The notes under the pieces: generated by a model
Told to the model about the DNA's origin: nothing
Seen by the model: the letters and a program-made list of their open reading frames with translations, nothing else
The model's database searches: none
Source: an uncultured Bacilli bacterium
GTDB taxonomy: Bacteria; Bacillota_I; Bacilli_A; RF39; UBA660
Length of the DNA stretch: 64,000 nucleotides
Assembly: GCA_944350445.1 (NCBI GenBank)
Contig: CALVOW010000003.1
Location: 13,199-77,198 of the forward strand
Direction of reading: 5' to 3'
Position numbers and translations under genes: made by a program
Shown here: positions 41,045-50,421 of the stretch, in pieces
Position numbering within the stretch: position 1 is the stretch's first letter
Layout: each line of letters opens with the position of its first letter

Positions 41045-44000
41045 TTATAACTCCTCTATATCATTATTAACTGGTTTCAATTCTTTATAAGCTTTAATAT
41101 CAAAAGATAAAACTTTAATTAAAGCATGCTTACCATTGACAACAGCATATCCAAAATCATTAGTTAAAGGCGTTTGTAGGGCTCTATCACTACTTCTTAC
41201 GAGTTTAATTGTATATTGATTACTAATTCCTTCACCTATCCAAATAGCTTGATCAGGATTTCCCATTAATTTAAACCAAGTTTCAAATTCAACTTTTTTG
41301 AATTCATCAACACCATCAACCACAATGAAATTTATAATTGGTAATTTTAAAGATTTATTATACAAATTTGTAAGAATATCTCCTAAATTACTTGTAAGCT
41401 TGGTTTTAAAATTACTAAAATTGTAAATAACGAAAAGCATTGGTTGATATTTGGAAATTATCGAAGTCGCCATACCATTTTCTTCAAACTCTTGATAAAT
41501 TTTATCAATATTATCATTAACATTCTTTAAAACTTCATCAAAATTGGTTTGATATTTGACTATATTTGGAAAATTTTCAGAAACAGCATTACTTGAATCA
41601 ATTAGATAAGTTTTAAACTTGGTAATTTGATTTAATCCCATTAGTAATTCTTTTGTAAAAGATAAAGTATTTTCAAGTTCACTAGCTGTTATTTTATTAA
41701 AGAAGTTTTTCTTAAAATCAAATAAACAAACATCTAAATTATCTTTATAAATTCCAATTGGAAAATTATTTAAATTATCTAATTTATCATTTAAAATACT
41801 CATATTAACCGTATCTGGTAAAACCGGAATTTTTACGGCTTTCTTTGGATAAATTTTATTTAAATTTTCAACTAACTTCTTAAAGAAAGTGCTACTTTCT
41901 TCTTTTTTAGAAGGATGAGCAGTTTGGAATTCATAAATACCATCCCCTACTTTAACAAGACCACGACCAACAGCTTTTGAAGGAGTAATATTTACTCTTC
42001 CTAAAATTGAATAATAATCACTCTTATCATTTAATTCAAGAGCTAAGACTAATTTAAAGTTTTGACTTAATTTATAACGAATCGAATTAGTACCACTAGC
42101 AGTTATCATAAAATAAATTCCAAAACGAGGACATTCTCTTGTATAACGTGTTAACAGTTCAACATAATCTGGATACATTTCACTAAAGGAATCAAAACCA
42201 TTAATCATAATAATAATTGAGGGAACTTTTTTACCAGTTGCTTTTTTATATTCATTAATACTACCAGCATAATTAACAAAAGTTTTTCTTCTCTCTTCCA
42301 AATAAGTATTAATAATTTTAAATAAGTTTTCTAATTTATCTTTATCTTGGGCTAAAACAACATCACCTACATGTGGTAAATTTCGTAAATTTAACATTGT
42401 TTCTGATGAGAAATCTAAAATATAAAAGTTTACATCTTCAGGTGTATATGTAACTGCACAGGAATAAACTACTGTCGTTAAAACTAATTCTTTTCCACTT
42501 CCTGGGGTTCCATAAACAAGTGTATTTCCAAGTTCACTTATTGGTAATGTTAATAGATATTGACTTTGATTAACTGGATCATCATATTCACCAATAACGG
42601 GATTTATATAAATATCTTTTTTATAACTATATTTTTTAATTAAAGCATCAACTTTAATAAAGTTTGGAATTCGATTTAACCAAAGTTGTTTAACCATAAT
42701 ATTTTCTTTATAGGCAATATCATTTAAATAACGAATAATATTTGTTACTTCCTCGCCTTGTGGTTTTAAAATATTTTTCTTAACATTATCAACTGTTTTA
42801 TAAATAGCACCATAATTATTAATAAAATCAATAGCTGTATCAACTTTTTTTATACGAAAATCACTTGGATAATAAGGAGCTCCACTCCAAGCACTTTGTC
42901 CATAGTAAAAATATTCATTAAAGCCAACTTGTAAATAAAAAGCACCAATATTTGTGATACTCGCCGCATCATCTCTTTTTAACATATCCATTGAGTCACT
43001 TCGATCTTGTACCTTTAAGCAAACTTTAAATCTTGAATTTGACCATATTTGATCATTAACAATTCCACTAGGTTTTTGCGTTGCCAAGATTAAATGCACT
43101 CCTAGACTACGACCAATTCTAGCAATTGACATTAATTCATCCATAAATTCTGGTTGTTGCATTTTAAGTTCCGCAAATTCATCACTGATAATAATTAAAT
43201 GACTCATAGGCTCATCTACTTGCCCATTACGATATAACTTTTGATATTTATAAATATCAATGGTACTTTCATTTAATTTATCACGTGCTTCATTAAAAAC
43301 TTTTTGACGACGACGAAGTTCCGAATTTAAACTAGAAAGAGCTCTAGTAATTTCCGTTCGATCAAGATTAGTAATAATCCCGGCAATATGTGGAAGTTTT
43401 ACGCCAGTATCTTTATTTTCAAAAGCACCGGCTAAACCTCCACCTTTATAATCAATTAATACAAAATTAACTTCATCAGGATTATAATTAATAGCCATTG
43501 ATAATATATAAGTAATAATAAATTCACTTTTGCCAGATCCTGTCATACCAGCAATTAAACCATGAGGACCATGAACTTTTTCATGCACATCAAGACCTAA
43601 AATTTCTCCTGTTTCACCAATTCCAACCGGAGCATTTAAACTCATAATGGGATTAGAATCACGCCAACGATTTAAAACATTTAATTGTTCAACTCGTCCA
43701 ACATTATACATTTCTAAGAAAGTATAAGTTTGGGGTAATTTAAAATTACCTTTTTGAAATTCAATTGGCACATTAGCTACTTTACTAGTCAAAAGTTTCA
43801 TATTTAAAGTATTAAAATCAGCTTTAAATTCTTGTTTTAAACCACTAGTTAAGTCTGGTTCTAACATCAAACTAGTATCACCTTGAATATTAATGAATAC
43901 TTTCGCTTCATCTGGCAATCTTCTTAAACTACGATCAATTGTAATAACCGAAAAACCAAAATTTGTTTCTTCATTTAATACTTTATCTAAAATTTCTAAA

Positions 44001-45682
44001 TTTCTGATATTTTTATAATTATCCGTAATAATTACATAATAAGGTAAAAAATCTTTATAATTTAAATCACTAGATGCATAAGAATAACGATTATCTTTAT
44101 CCGGAAATTTCCGATTAGTAAATTCTTCTAATAAATAGATAGATATTTGATTAATTTCCTCTTTATTAGTTCCAAAGAAACGAAAAGTTTTTTGATTATT
44201 CCAAACAAAAGGAGTCAATTTTAAATATTCAAAATAAGGAATATTTTCTTCTTTCGTTAGAATAACTAATTTTAATTCTTCATAACTATGATAGGTAATC
44301 ATTTGTAAAATAAGGGTTTCTAAAAATTGATAACCAAGTTTTACATCAGAAGTAATAGCCATAACATTTTTCTCAGTTAAAGAAACTGTAACAGGTACAT
44401 TTTCAAGTTTTTTTTCACTACCAGCAACAGAATATAATAAATTTTTTAAATTATCGTCAACTAAACTAAACCTTTCTTTTTCATAATCAATTTCAATACT
44501 AGCCTTAATGTCACCTATACCTATTCGAAGTTTTAAAAAGTCATCATGAGATATTTTTCTCTCCCATAAACTAGTTTGCCGTTTCATAATAATTTCAAAA
44601 CATTTTTCATTGGTTTGATTATTTTCCAACAAAATGAATTTTTCTTCTTCCATTTTATCTTTTATATCTTTTTCGCGTTCATGGACATAATTAGTATATT
44701 TTTCTTGACGTAGAGCTTCTTTTTTCTTATTATGACGCTTTTGCCAAACCCTAGAAATAATAGGTACTAATAAAGCCGTTACTAATGTAAAGCTCATAAT
44801 AATAATCATTGGTAAAACATCACCTATCGTAGCACCATTATCAAGTCGTTGCATAATCATATATAAACTCATACTACTAGTTGCAGCCATCGTCATCGAT
44901 GAAGCAATTGTTAAAATAAAAGGCATACCTTCAGGATCTTGATTTTCGGGAGGTGAATCAATATGAAACTTTTGTTCAATTACATTTCTTTTAAAACGAG
45001 GTTGACGGAAAAAATAATCTTCTTCTTCATAAATATCTAAATCTTCCTCAATTTCTTTAACTTCACGAATATTTGGTAAGACAATAGCTCTTAATTTTTT
45101 AGTATTTACCCTAACCATATTGAAAGGATTATTTATGATCATATAATTTCCAAGAACAACAATACGAAGTCCTAAAACAAAGATAACATCACCGTTAAAA
45201 AGACGTTCCTTTTTAATACTTTTATTATTTAAATAAACTAAATAGGTATCAGTTAAAAGTTCAATATACCAAGCATTATCATAATAAATTTTAAAACTAA
45301 AATTCTTCAAATAATCATTTTGATAATAAATATCCGCTTGGGCTTGACTAGAAACTAAAATAGATGCATCTAAAACATTAAAAAGAATTGTTTTATCATA
45401 AGTAGGTAAACAATATAAAATATATTTATAATCACTTTTTCGATAAAGTATCTCACAAGAAAAATAATTTGCTAAAGTAACACTTGCTACTCTTTGATTA
45501 TTAACAATAATAGCTGTATCAGCAGTATTAGTAAGTAACCATCTACCATCATTTTCCCGAATTGTAATTAAATCTACTTGATTGCCATTGTTATCAATAT
45601 CAACAATTTGAAAATCGCCATAAATAGTATTTGGTAAAGTAGTTGTAATGATACGTTCTTTTTTAAGAATTAATATTTTCAT
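41045..45682 (-). CDS. essC: T7SS FtsK/SpoIIIE-family ATPase EssC (YukB-type)
   Basis: 1545 aa. EssC-type N-terminal FHA-like region (TLPNTIYGDFQIVD...DGRWLL). Two TM helices around residues 255-320. Three ATPase-like domains with P-loops GMTGSGKSEF (D1) and GTPGSGKE (D2, degenerate), and no P-loop in D3. Confidence 0.9.
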   Translation of the reverse strand: MKILILKKERIITTTLPNTIYGDFQIVDIDNNGNQVDLITIRENDGRWLLTNTADTAIIVNNQRVASVTLANYFSCEILYRKSDYKYILYCLPTYDKTILFNVLDASILVSSQAQADIYYQNDYLKNFSFKIYYDNAWYIELLTDTYLVYLNNKSIKKERLFNGDVIFVLGLRIVVLGNYMIINNPFNMVRVNTKKLRAIVLPNIREVKEIEEDLDIYEEEDYFFRQPRFKRNVIEQKFHIDSPPENQDPEGMPFILTIASSMTMAATSSMSLYMIMQRLDNGATIGDVLPMIIIMSFTLVTALLVPIISRVWQKRHNKKKEALRQEKYTNYVHEREKDIKDKMEEEKFILLENNQTNEKCFEIIMKRQTSLWERKISHDDFLKLRIGIGDIKASIEIDYEKERFSLVDDNLKNLLYSVAGSEKKLENVPVTVSLTEKNVMAITSDVKLGYQFLETLILQMITYHSYEELKLVILTKEENIPYFEYLKLTPFVWNNQKTFRFFGTNKEEINQISIYLLEEFTNRKFPDKDNRYSYASSDLNYKDFLPYYVIITDNYKNIRNLEILDKVLNEETNFGFSVITIDRSLRRLPDEAKVFINIQGDTSLMLEPDLTSGLKQEFKADFNTLNMKLLTSKVANVPIEFQKGNFKLPQTYTFLEMYNVGRVEQLNVLNRWRDSNPIMSLNAPVGIGETGEILGLDVHEKVHGPHGLIAGMTGSGKSEFIITYILSMAINYNPDEVNFVLIDYKGGGLAGAFENKDTGVKLPHIAGIITNLDRTEITRALSSLNSELRRRQKVFNEARDKLNESTIDIYKYQKLYRNGQVDEPMSHLIIISDEFAELKMQQPEFMDELMSIARIGRSLGVHLILATQKPSGIVNDQIWSNSRFKVCLKVQDRSDSMDMLKRDDAASITNIGAFYLQVGFNEYFYYGQSAWSGAPYYPSDFRIKKVDTAIDFINNYGAIYKTVDNVKKNILKPQGEEVTNIIRYLNDIAYKENIMVKQLWLNRIPNFIKVDALIKKYSYKKDIYINPVIGEYDDPVNQSQYLLTLPISELGNTLVYGTPGSGKELVLTTVVYSCAVTYTPEDVNFYILDFSSETMLNLRNLPHVGDVVLAQDKDKLENLFKIINTYLEERRKTFVNYAGSINEYKKATGKKVPSIIIMINGFDSFSEMYPDYVELLTRYTRECPRFGIYFMITASGTNSIRYKLSQNFKLVLALELNDKSDYYSILGRVNITPSKAVGRGLVKVGDGIYEFQTAHPSKKEESSTFFKKLVENLNKIYPKKAVKIPVLPDTVNMSILNDKLDNLNNFPIGIYKDNLDVCLFDFKKNFFNKITASELENTLSFTKELLMGLNQITKFKTYLIDSSNAVSENFPNIVKYQTNFDEVLKNVNDNIDKIYQEFEENGMATSIISKYQPMLFVIYNFSNFKTKLTSNLGDILTNLYNKSLKLPIINFIVVDGVDEFKKVEFETWFKLMGNPDQAIWIGEGISNQYTIKLVRSSDRALQTPLTNDFGYAVVNGKHALIKVLSFDIKAYKELKPVNNDIEEL

Positions 45683-45705
45683 ACATCCCTCTATTCTATA
45701 TAAAA

Positions 45706-45734
45706 ATTATAGCAAAAAAAAAGAATATTAGCAA
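45706..45734 (-). promoter_or_regulatory. Putative promoter for essC-esaB
   Basis: Minus strand TTGCTA-N17-TATAAT with a TG extension (TGCTATAAT), ~24 nt upstream of the essC ATG. Confidence 0.45.
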
Positions 45735-45769
45735 TTAGTTTATAATTTTTCTTATTTTTTTATATAGTA

Positions 45770-45805
45770 AAAAGTGTTTAAAGTTTTTCAACTCTAAGCA
45801 CTTTT
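45770..45805 (-). terminator. Stem-loop after the 207-aa gene (possible partial terminator)
   Basis: Minus strand AAAAGUG(CUUAGAG)...(CUUUAAA)CACUUUU followed by U/A-rich sequence; imperfect inner stem. Confidence 0.35.
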
Positions 45806-45807
45806 CA

Positions 45808-46431
45808 TTAAACCACTATTAAACCACTATTTAATATTTCTTTTAATTTTACATTATAATCTTCAATAACTTGTAAACTAGACTCAATACTATTTAAGCA
45901 AGAATTCATTTGTCCTCTTAATCTTGTAACTTTTTCTTCATAGGCCGAAGCTAATGCGTCAAATCCATTTGCCTTTTTATCAGCTATTGTTGTTTCTAAA
46001 GATTCTATTTCACTTTTATAACTATAATATCTTTGAAAACTATTATCAACTCCATCAGTTAATGTCATATATTCGTATGTTAAATGCTTAAACTCAGTAC
46101 TAAATTCTTGATATGCTTCTAAGGAAGCATCATGTATCTTTGCTGCAACTTCATCAATATAAACTTTGAATCCATCTAAATTTTTAATTAATTGTTGTAT
46201 TTTAGAACATGTGTTAGGAAATCGTTCTTCATTCGGCATAACAGACCTTGTCTTTTCAATTAAAGCGGCCAATGATGTGGACAATTCATCAAACCTATTT
46301 TTTACTAAATTAATATCATTGTCATAGATTGATGATTCAGAAAAAGTAGTTGCATTTTTATCTTTTATATTAGCAAGATAATCTCCTTCAGCACGATCAT
46401 ATCTTTTAAATAAAGTATCTATTGCACTCAT
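45808..46431 (-). CDS. Hypothetical all-helical protein, module-1 partner (T7SS-associated)
   Basis: 207 aa with no TM or signal peptide. ATGA start/stop overlap with the 421-aa gene and strong SD GAGGAGGG. Weak similarity to the 189-aa ORF (AYQEFSTEF vs TYDNFLLEF; RYYSY vs RYNY). Confidence 0.6.
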   Translation of the reverse strand: MSAIDTLFKRYDRAEGDYLANIKDKNATTFSESSIYDNDINLVKNRFDELSTSLAALIEKTRSVMPNEERFPNTCSKIQQLIKNLDGFKVYIDEVAAKIHDASLEAYQEFSTEFKHLTYEYMTLTDGVDNSFQRYYSYKSEIESLETTIADKKANGFDALASAYEEKVTRLRGQMNSCLNSIESSLQVIEDYNVKLKEILNSGLIVV

Positions 46432-47693
46432 ACACCCTCCTCATGTATTATTGTAGTGCCTGACTCAGCAGAAACAGCTGGCTCACCCGAAGAATTTGCA
46501 CCTGACTGCATACCTGACTCAACAGAAACGGATGGTTCACCAGATGTATTTAAACCATTTGAGACATTTGTATCTGTTGAAATTGTCGGTTCAATTGTTG
46601 TCGAACCAATCGAATCAAGAGAAGTTACTTCAATTGAATCACTAAATGGAATATAATAAGTCTCTCCAGTTCCATCTTCTACTACTTCATAGAAAGTAAT
46701 ACCATTACTTTCTGTTTCTCCTTGAACAAAATATATTTTATTAGGATCAGCTAATTTAACAAAATTATCACTACCAATTTCAGTTGAATTTAAAAGCATA
46801 GCATTTTCTTTAATTTCAACAATTTTTTCATATTCCGTTGCAAACTGTACTTGATTATTAACTGGTACATAATAAACTTTACCTGTTGCATTATCAATTA
46901 TTTTATAATAATAATTATCACCGTCTTTTACAATTTCTAAAACTGAATAGTTTCCATCAATGCTTGCTTGTGTTCCTACACCACCAATAGTTTCATACAT
47001 TGTAACAGTTTCTGTTAAAACCAATGTACCAAACATTATTATTGAATCATTAAAATCATTATCAATATCAGGTTGTTCAGTATCAGTTCCTGGTATAACA
47101 TCCGGCACCTCATCTGGCAGAATATCTGGTATAACCGGATCTTCTGTATTGGTACTTTCAGATGACGAAGATCCACCAGAAGGTGAAAAAACATAAGTTC
47201 CAGTAGGTTGTTCTGTAACGGAACTAGTAGTAGCATCTTCTTCTTCCGTCGCTGCTTTAAGCGTAGCAACAGTGCTTATAATGTCGTTAAAATAATCAAT
47301 ACACCTAGCAAACTGTGTACTCATATCATATTCTAAATTAGCAAGTGTAATCCCCATTGTAGCCAACTTTTCAGAAGTCTTTGCATTTATACTAGCATAA
47401 TGGGTAATAGCAACATTAATCTTTTCTCTTATGTCAGTATCAAAATCAGAAATACACGATTTAAAACTGTTCATAAAATTTTCGGCTTCCTCACTATTAT
47501 ATTTTAAATTATTAGTATTAGCTATTTTGGAAATAGCAACAAAAGATATAGAAGTGGTAGCCGAATTCATTCCAACTTCATTACCAGTATCGTTGCTAGT
47601 TGTTGTATCACTATCGGATGGAACAGCAGATGATACAGCACCTGGTTCTTCACTACTCATATCTATTGGCGTTTTCTCTGCGTTAGAATCCAT
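46428..47693 (-). CDS. Hypothetical signal-less secreted-type protein, module 1 (candidate T7SS substrate)
   Basis: 421 aa. S/T/D-rich N-terminus, ~100-aa helical region, acidic P/S/T linker, two related beta-rich repeats (GKVYYVPVNN / GETYYIPFSD), and an S/G/E-rich repeat tail. No hydrophobic signal peptide. SD AAGGAG. Confidence 0.6.
   Translation of the reverse strand: MDSNAEKTPIDMSSEEPGAVSSAVPSDSDTTTSNDTGNEVGMNSATTSISFVAISKIANTNNLKYNSEEAENFMNSFKSCISDFDTDIREKINVAITHYASINAKTSEKLATMGITLANLEYDMSTQFARCIDYFNDIISTVATLKAATEEEDATTSSVTEQPTGTYVFSPSGGSSSSESTNTEDPVIPDILPDEVPDVIPGTDTEQPDIDNDFNDSIIMFGTLVLTETVTMYETIGGVGTQASIDGNYSVLEIVKDGDNYYYKIIDNATGKVYYVPVNNQVQFATEYEKIVEIKENAMLLNSTEIGSDNFVKLADPNKIYFVQGETESNGITFYEVVEDGTGETYYIPFSDSIEVTSLDSIGSTTIEPTISTDTNVSNGLNTSGEPSVSVESGMQSGANSSGEPAVSAESGTTIIHEEGV
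46459..46547 (-). repeat. Imperfect direct repeat (2 x ~35 nt, 54-nt period) in the 3' end of the 421-aa gene
   Basis: cctgactcagcagaaacagctggctcacccgaaga vs cctgactcaacagaaacggatggttcaccagatgt, encoding SGEPxVSxESG twice. Locally GC-richer than the surroundings. Confidence 0.7.
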
Positions 47694-47728
47694 ATTTTCA
47701 CTCCTTCCTTTTCTATTTTAATATAGAA

Positions 47729-47748
47729 AAGACACTTTAAAGTGTCTT
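47729..47748 (-). promoter_or_regulatory. Palindromic stem-loop between the WXG100 pair and the 421-aa gene (attenuator or partial terminator)
   Basis: AAGACACUUUAAAGUGUCUU followed by UUCUAUAUU (weak U-tract). Confidence 0.45.
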
Positions 47749-47758
47749 AAAGCGACAA

Positions 47759-48031
47759 CTAAGCTTCATCAATGTTACGACTTGTTGTCTTAAATTTGTT
47801 AATTGTATCACTTACTTCACGAACATTTTTAGCAATTTTTAAAGCTTCATCAGCATAATTTACCATTTTAGTAGATTCCTTTGTTGAATTAGCACTATAC
47901 CAAGCCTCTCCTTGAGTTTCATAAATTGAAGCTGACTCATTAAATGTTGTATTTACTTCTTCAGCTAAGCTTTGTAAATTTGCAAGAGCTGTTTCAAGTT
48001 CATTAAAACTTTCTATTCTATTTTCTTTCAT
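47759..48031 (-). CDS. WXG100-like small helical protein (W-Y-S in place of W-x-G)
   Basis: 90 aa, helix-turn-helix size class with a central GEAWYSAN. Lies 8 nt downstream of the esxA-like gene, with SD AGGAGG. Confidence 0.55.
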   Translation of the reverse strand: MKENRIESFNELETALANLQSLAEEVNTTFNESASIYETQGEAWYSANSTKESTKMVNYADEALKIAKNVREVSDTINKFKTTSRNIDEA

Positions 48032-48039
48032 TTTTCCTC

Positions 48040-48312
48040 CTAAAATCCTGATACTTGACTAGCAAAATCTTGGTTTTTTCTCTCTAAATAAGTTTTTTGA
48101 GCTCTTTGATCAGCTAAAGCTCTTTCTAAAGTTGTTTTAATTTCAAGTAATTTAGGCTCAGCTTTATCAAATTCGGTTCCAGACCAATTTGCTTTTACAA
48201 TTTGAAAATTACGTTCAAAATTTTCTAATTCTCCTTCAATTTTTCTAATATTAGCATCTAATCTACTATTTAATTCATTAAATCTTGCTTGATTATAAAC
48301 TAAATCTGCCAT
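48040..48312 (-). CDS. esxA: WXG100-family protein (EsxA/YukE-like)
   Basis: 90 aa; central W-S-G (KANWSGTEFD) between two predicted helices. Strong SD AAGGAG. Confidence 0.75.
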   Translation of the reverse strand: MADLVYNQARFNELNSRLDANIRKIEGELENFERNFQIVKANWSGTEFDKAEPKLLEIKTTLERALADQRAQKTYLERKNQDFASQVSGF

Positions 48313-48345
48313 ATATTCTCCTTTCTTGATAGATCCTCTATCATT

Positions 48346-48374
48346 AATTCCATTTTAGCATATATTTTTTTTAA
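48346..48374 (-). promoter_or_regulatory. Putative extended -10 promoter for the esxA pair
   Basis: Minus strand TAGATT-N17-TAAAAT with a TG extension (TGCTAAAAT). The -35 is poor and the background is AT-rich, so this is weak. Confidence 0.3.
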
Positions 48375-48392
48375 AATCTACAAAAAAAACAA

Positions 48393-49811
48393 TTATTTGA
48401 CATCAACTTTTATATTATATTTACTAGGACCAGCTATAACATTTCCAAATAAATCAAATCTTGAGCCATGACATGGACAATCCCAAGTTTTCTCTACTTC
48501 ATTAAAAAGTAAATTACACTTTAAATGTGGACATTTTCTTTTAACAATATAACAATATCCATCATTTGATACATAAATAGCTTTATCTTTGCTATAAAAA
48601 ACTAATTTGTTCTTAGCAAAAATTCCTTTTAAAAAACCATTTATATTCTCATAAACATTAAAAGAAGAATTAACAAATTTTTTCATTGTAATTTTTTTTC
48701 TAGGATTAAATAATTCTTGATATTTTAAATATTTTTTCTTTTTTAAAATTAAAGAAACAAGTAAACAAGACCCAATATGACTAGATAAAATTCCCCAAGC
48801 ACTATAACCAGTTAAAATATACATATTATCAAAAATTCGGCCCATAATTGGTAAATAATCACTTGGGAATAAATCAATATTACTCCACATACAATCAAAT
48901 TCTTTAATTAAATTATTATCCGTAAGTTTTAAAAAATTCTTAGCATCATTTACTTTACTAGCATTTATTTTGGATCCTGTTAAGTAAATCATTTTATTAT
49001 CATAAAACCTAATGGAATGAACATCTTTATCAATATTAATGCAGTTAAAATCTTTACCTGTTGAAAAATTAGGTTTACCATAACCAATATATGATTTTTC
49101 AAGTTTCACCTTAATTGGAAAAAATAAAGGTTTTAAAAAATAAGGATAATTAGTTGCAAAAACAACTATTTTTGAAGTAATTGTATTACCATTTTCGGCT
49201 TTTACGATAAATTTTTTATCCTCTTTTAAAACTTCAACTATGTTGGTATGATCGTAAAATTGCACATTATTACACATATTTTTAACTTGTTTTAAATAAA
49301 GAATAGGATTTATTTCATAGGAATTATCAATTTTAATTGAAGATACAACAGGAATAGATGAAAGTGGCGGATTTTCTTCTTGAAAAGAAATTTTATTGTC
49401 TTCGAGAACTTTTTTAATTTTATCTAACTTTTTTATATTACTCTTTTTAATCGTATACAAATAAGAAGTATTTTTTTTAAAACAACAATCTAAATTATTA
49501 TCTTCGATTATACTTTTTAAAATTTTCAAGCCATCAATTTGACTTTTTAAATATAAATCAAGATCTTTTTCATCTATTTTTGTTAAAATATCTTGTAAAA
49601 GGGTAACTTTGGCCGTCATTTTGGAAGTTATACCACTGCCAATTTCATTTCTTTCTACTAAGGCTATCTTTAAACCTGAATTATTCAAATTATAAGCTGT
49701 TAAAACTCCCGATATCCCACCCCCAATTATCAAAACATCAACCGAAATGTTTTTATCTAATATTTTTTCATTTTTTTCTAAATATTTACTCCATATACTT
49801 TTATTTTCCAT
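48393..49811 (-). CDS. FAD-dependent oxidoreductase fused to a C-terminal Rieske [2Fe-2S] domain (YhfW-like)
   Basis: VLIIGGGISGVLTAY dinucleotide-binding motif. C-terminal CPHLKC...CPCHGSRF Rieske ligand pattern. Confidence 0.75.
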   Translation of the reverse strand: MENKSIWSKYLEKNEKILDKNISVDVLIIGGGISGVLTAYNLNNSGLKIALVERNEIGSGITSKMTAKVTLLQDILTKIDEKDLDLYLKSQIDGLKILKSIIEDNNLDCCFKKNTSYLYTIKKSNIKKLDKIKKVLEDNKISFQEENPPLSSIPVVSSIKIDNSYEINPILYLKQVKNMCNNVQFYDHTNIVEVLKEDKKFIVKAENGNTITSKIVVFATNYPYFLKPLFFPIKVKLEKSYIGYGKPNFSTGKDFNCINIDKDVHSIRFYDNKMIYLTGSKINASKVNDAKNFLKLTDNNLIKEFDCMWSNIDLFPSDYLPIMGRIFDNMYILTGYSAWGILSSHIGSCLLVSLILKKKKYLKYQELFNPRKKITMKKFVNSSFNVYENINGFLKGIFAKNKLVFYSKDKAIYVSNDGYCYIVKRKCPHLKCNLLFNEVEKTWDCPCHGSRFDLFGNVIAGPSKYNIKVDVK

Positions 49812-49863
49812 ATTATCACATTATTAATATGGAAAATAAAAAAAAAGATATACAAAAATACTT

Positions 49864-50421
49864 TTATATTTTTTCTAATCCTTTTTTAAGTAAACTTTCT
49901 AAATCTTCAAAAATAATGGGAACTTTATTAATTTCTAAATAAAAATTATTATAGCAAGTTGCTTTTTTGTTTTTTATGTCATTATAATTTGGATCATTTA
50001 CTGCTAAATTAGATAAAGTATAGTTGTAACGATTATAACTATCTAAATGATTTTTAGCACTATCCAAATATCTGGAAGCATTTAAAACATTAGTATTAAA
50101 TTCTAAAAGAAAATTATCATAAGTTAAATTAGAAGCTGATCTTAAAGTAGTTGCAAATTCATTTAATTTAATATCATAAGTATGAAAATTATTATAAATT
50201 TCATTAAGCGAAGAAAAAAGATGTGAATAATTATTTTCTTGAAAATTCAAACGAATATTAGATATTTCTTGATTTATAAATTGATATTGCTCTTGTAAAT
50301 TAGCAATGCCTTTAAAATCTAATATTTCTTTTTGATATAATAAACTATTTTCATAAGTTTTTGAACACCTATTTTTAATATTTTGAAGTTGTTCTTTTAA
50401 ACTATAATATTTATTATTCAT
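49864..50421 (-). CDS. Hypothetical all-helical protein, module-2 partner (T7SS-associated; immunity or chaperone candidate)
   Basis: About 185 aa with no TM. Likely ATG 50421 behind a GAGTGGTGA SD, overlapping the 379-aa gene stop (ATGAATAA). N/Y-rich helical sequence, distantly similar to the 207-aa ORF. Confidence 0.55.
   Translation of the reverse strand: MNNKYYSLKEQLQNIKNRCSKTYENSLLYQKEILDFKGIANLQEQYQFINQEISNIRLNFQENNYSHLFSSLNEIYNNFHTYDIKLNEFATTLRSASNLTYDNFLLEFNTNVLNASRYLDSAKNHLDSYNRYNYTLSNLAVNDPNYNDIKNKKATCYNNFYLEINKVPIIFEDLESLLKKGLEKI

Noticed and set aside
45809-45830. 11-nt tandem duplication (taaaccactat x2) at the stop codon of the 207-aa gene
   Set aside because: It is real in the sequence. 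However, it only changes the last few residues (…NSGLIVV* versus a predicted …NSGLMKSA*). That looks like a trivial slippage event, not a regulatory repeat.
46456-47721. ORFs 46456-46656(+), 46960-47196(+), 47039-47269(-) and 47431-47721(+)
   Set aside because: They are all nested in or antisense to the 421-aa gene. The 421-aa frame has the strong SD, the translational coupling and the coherent domain structure.
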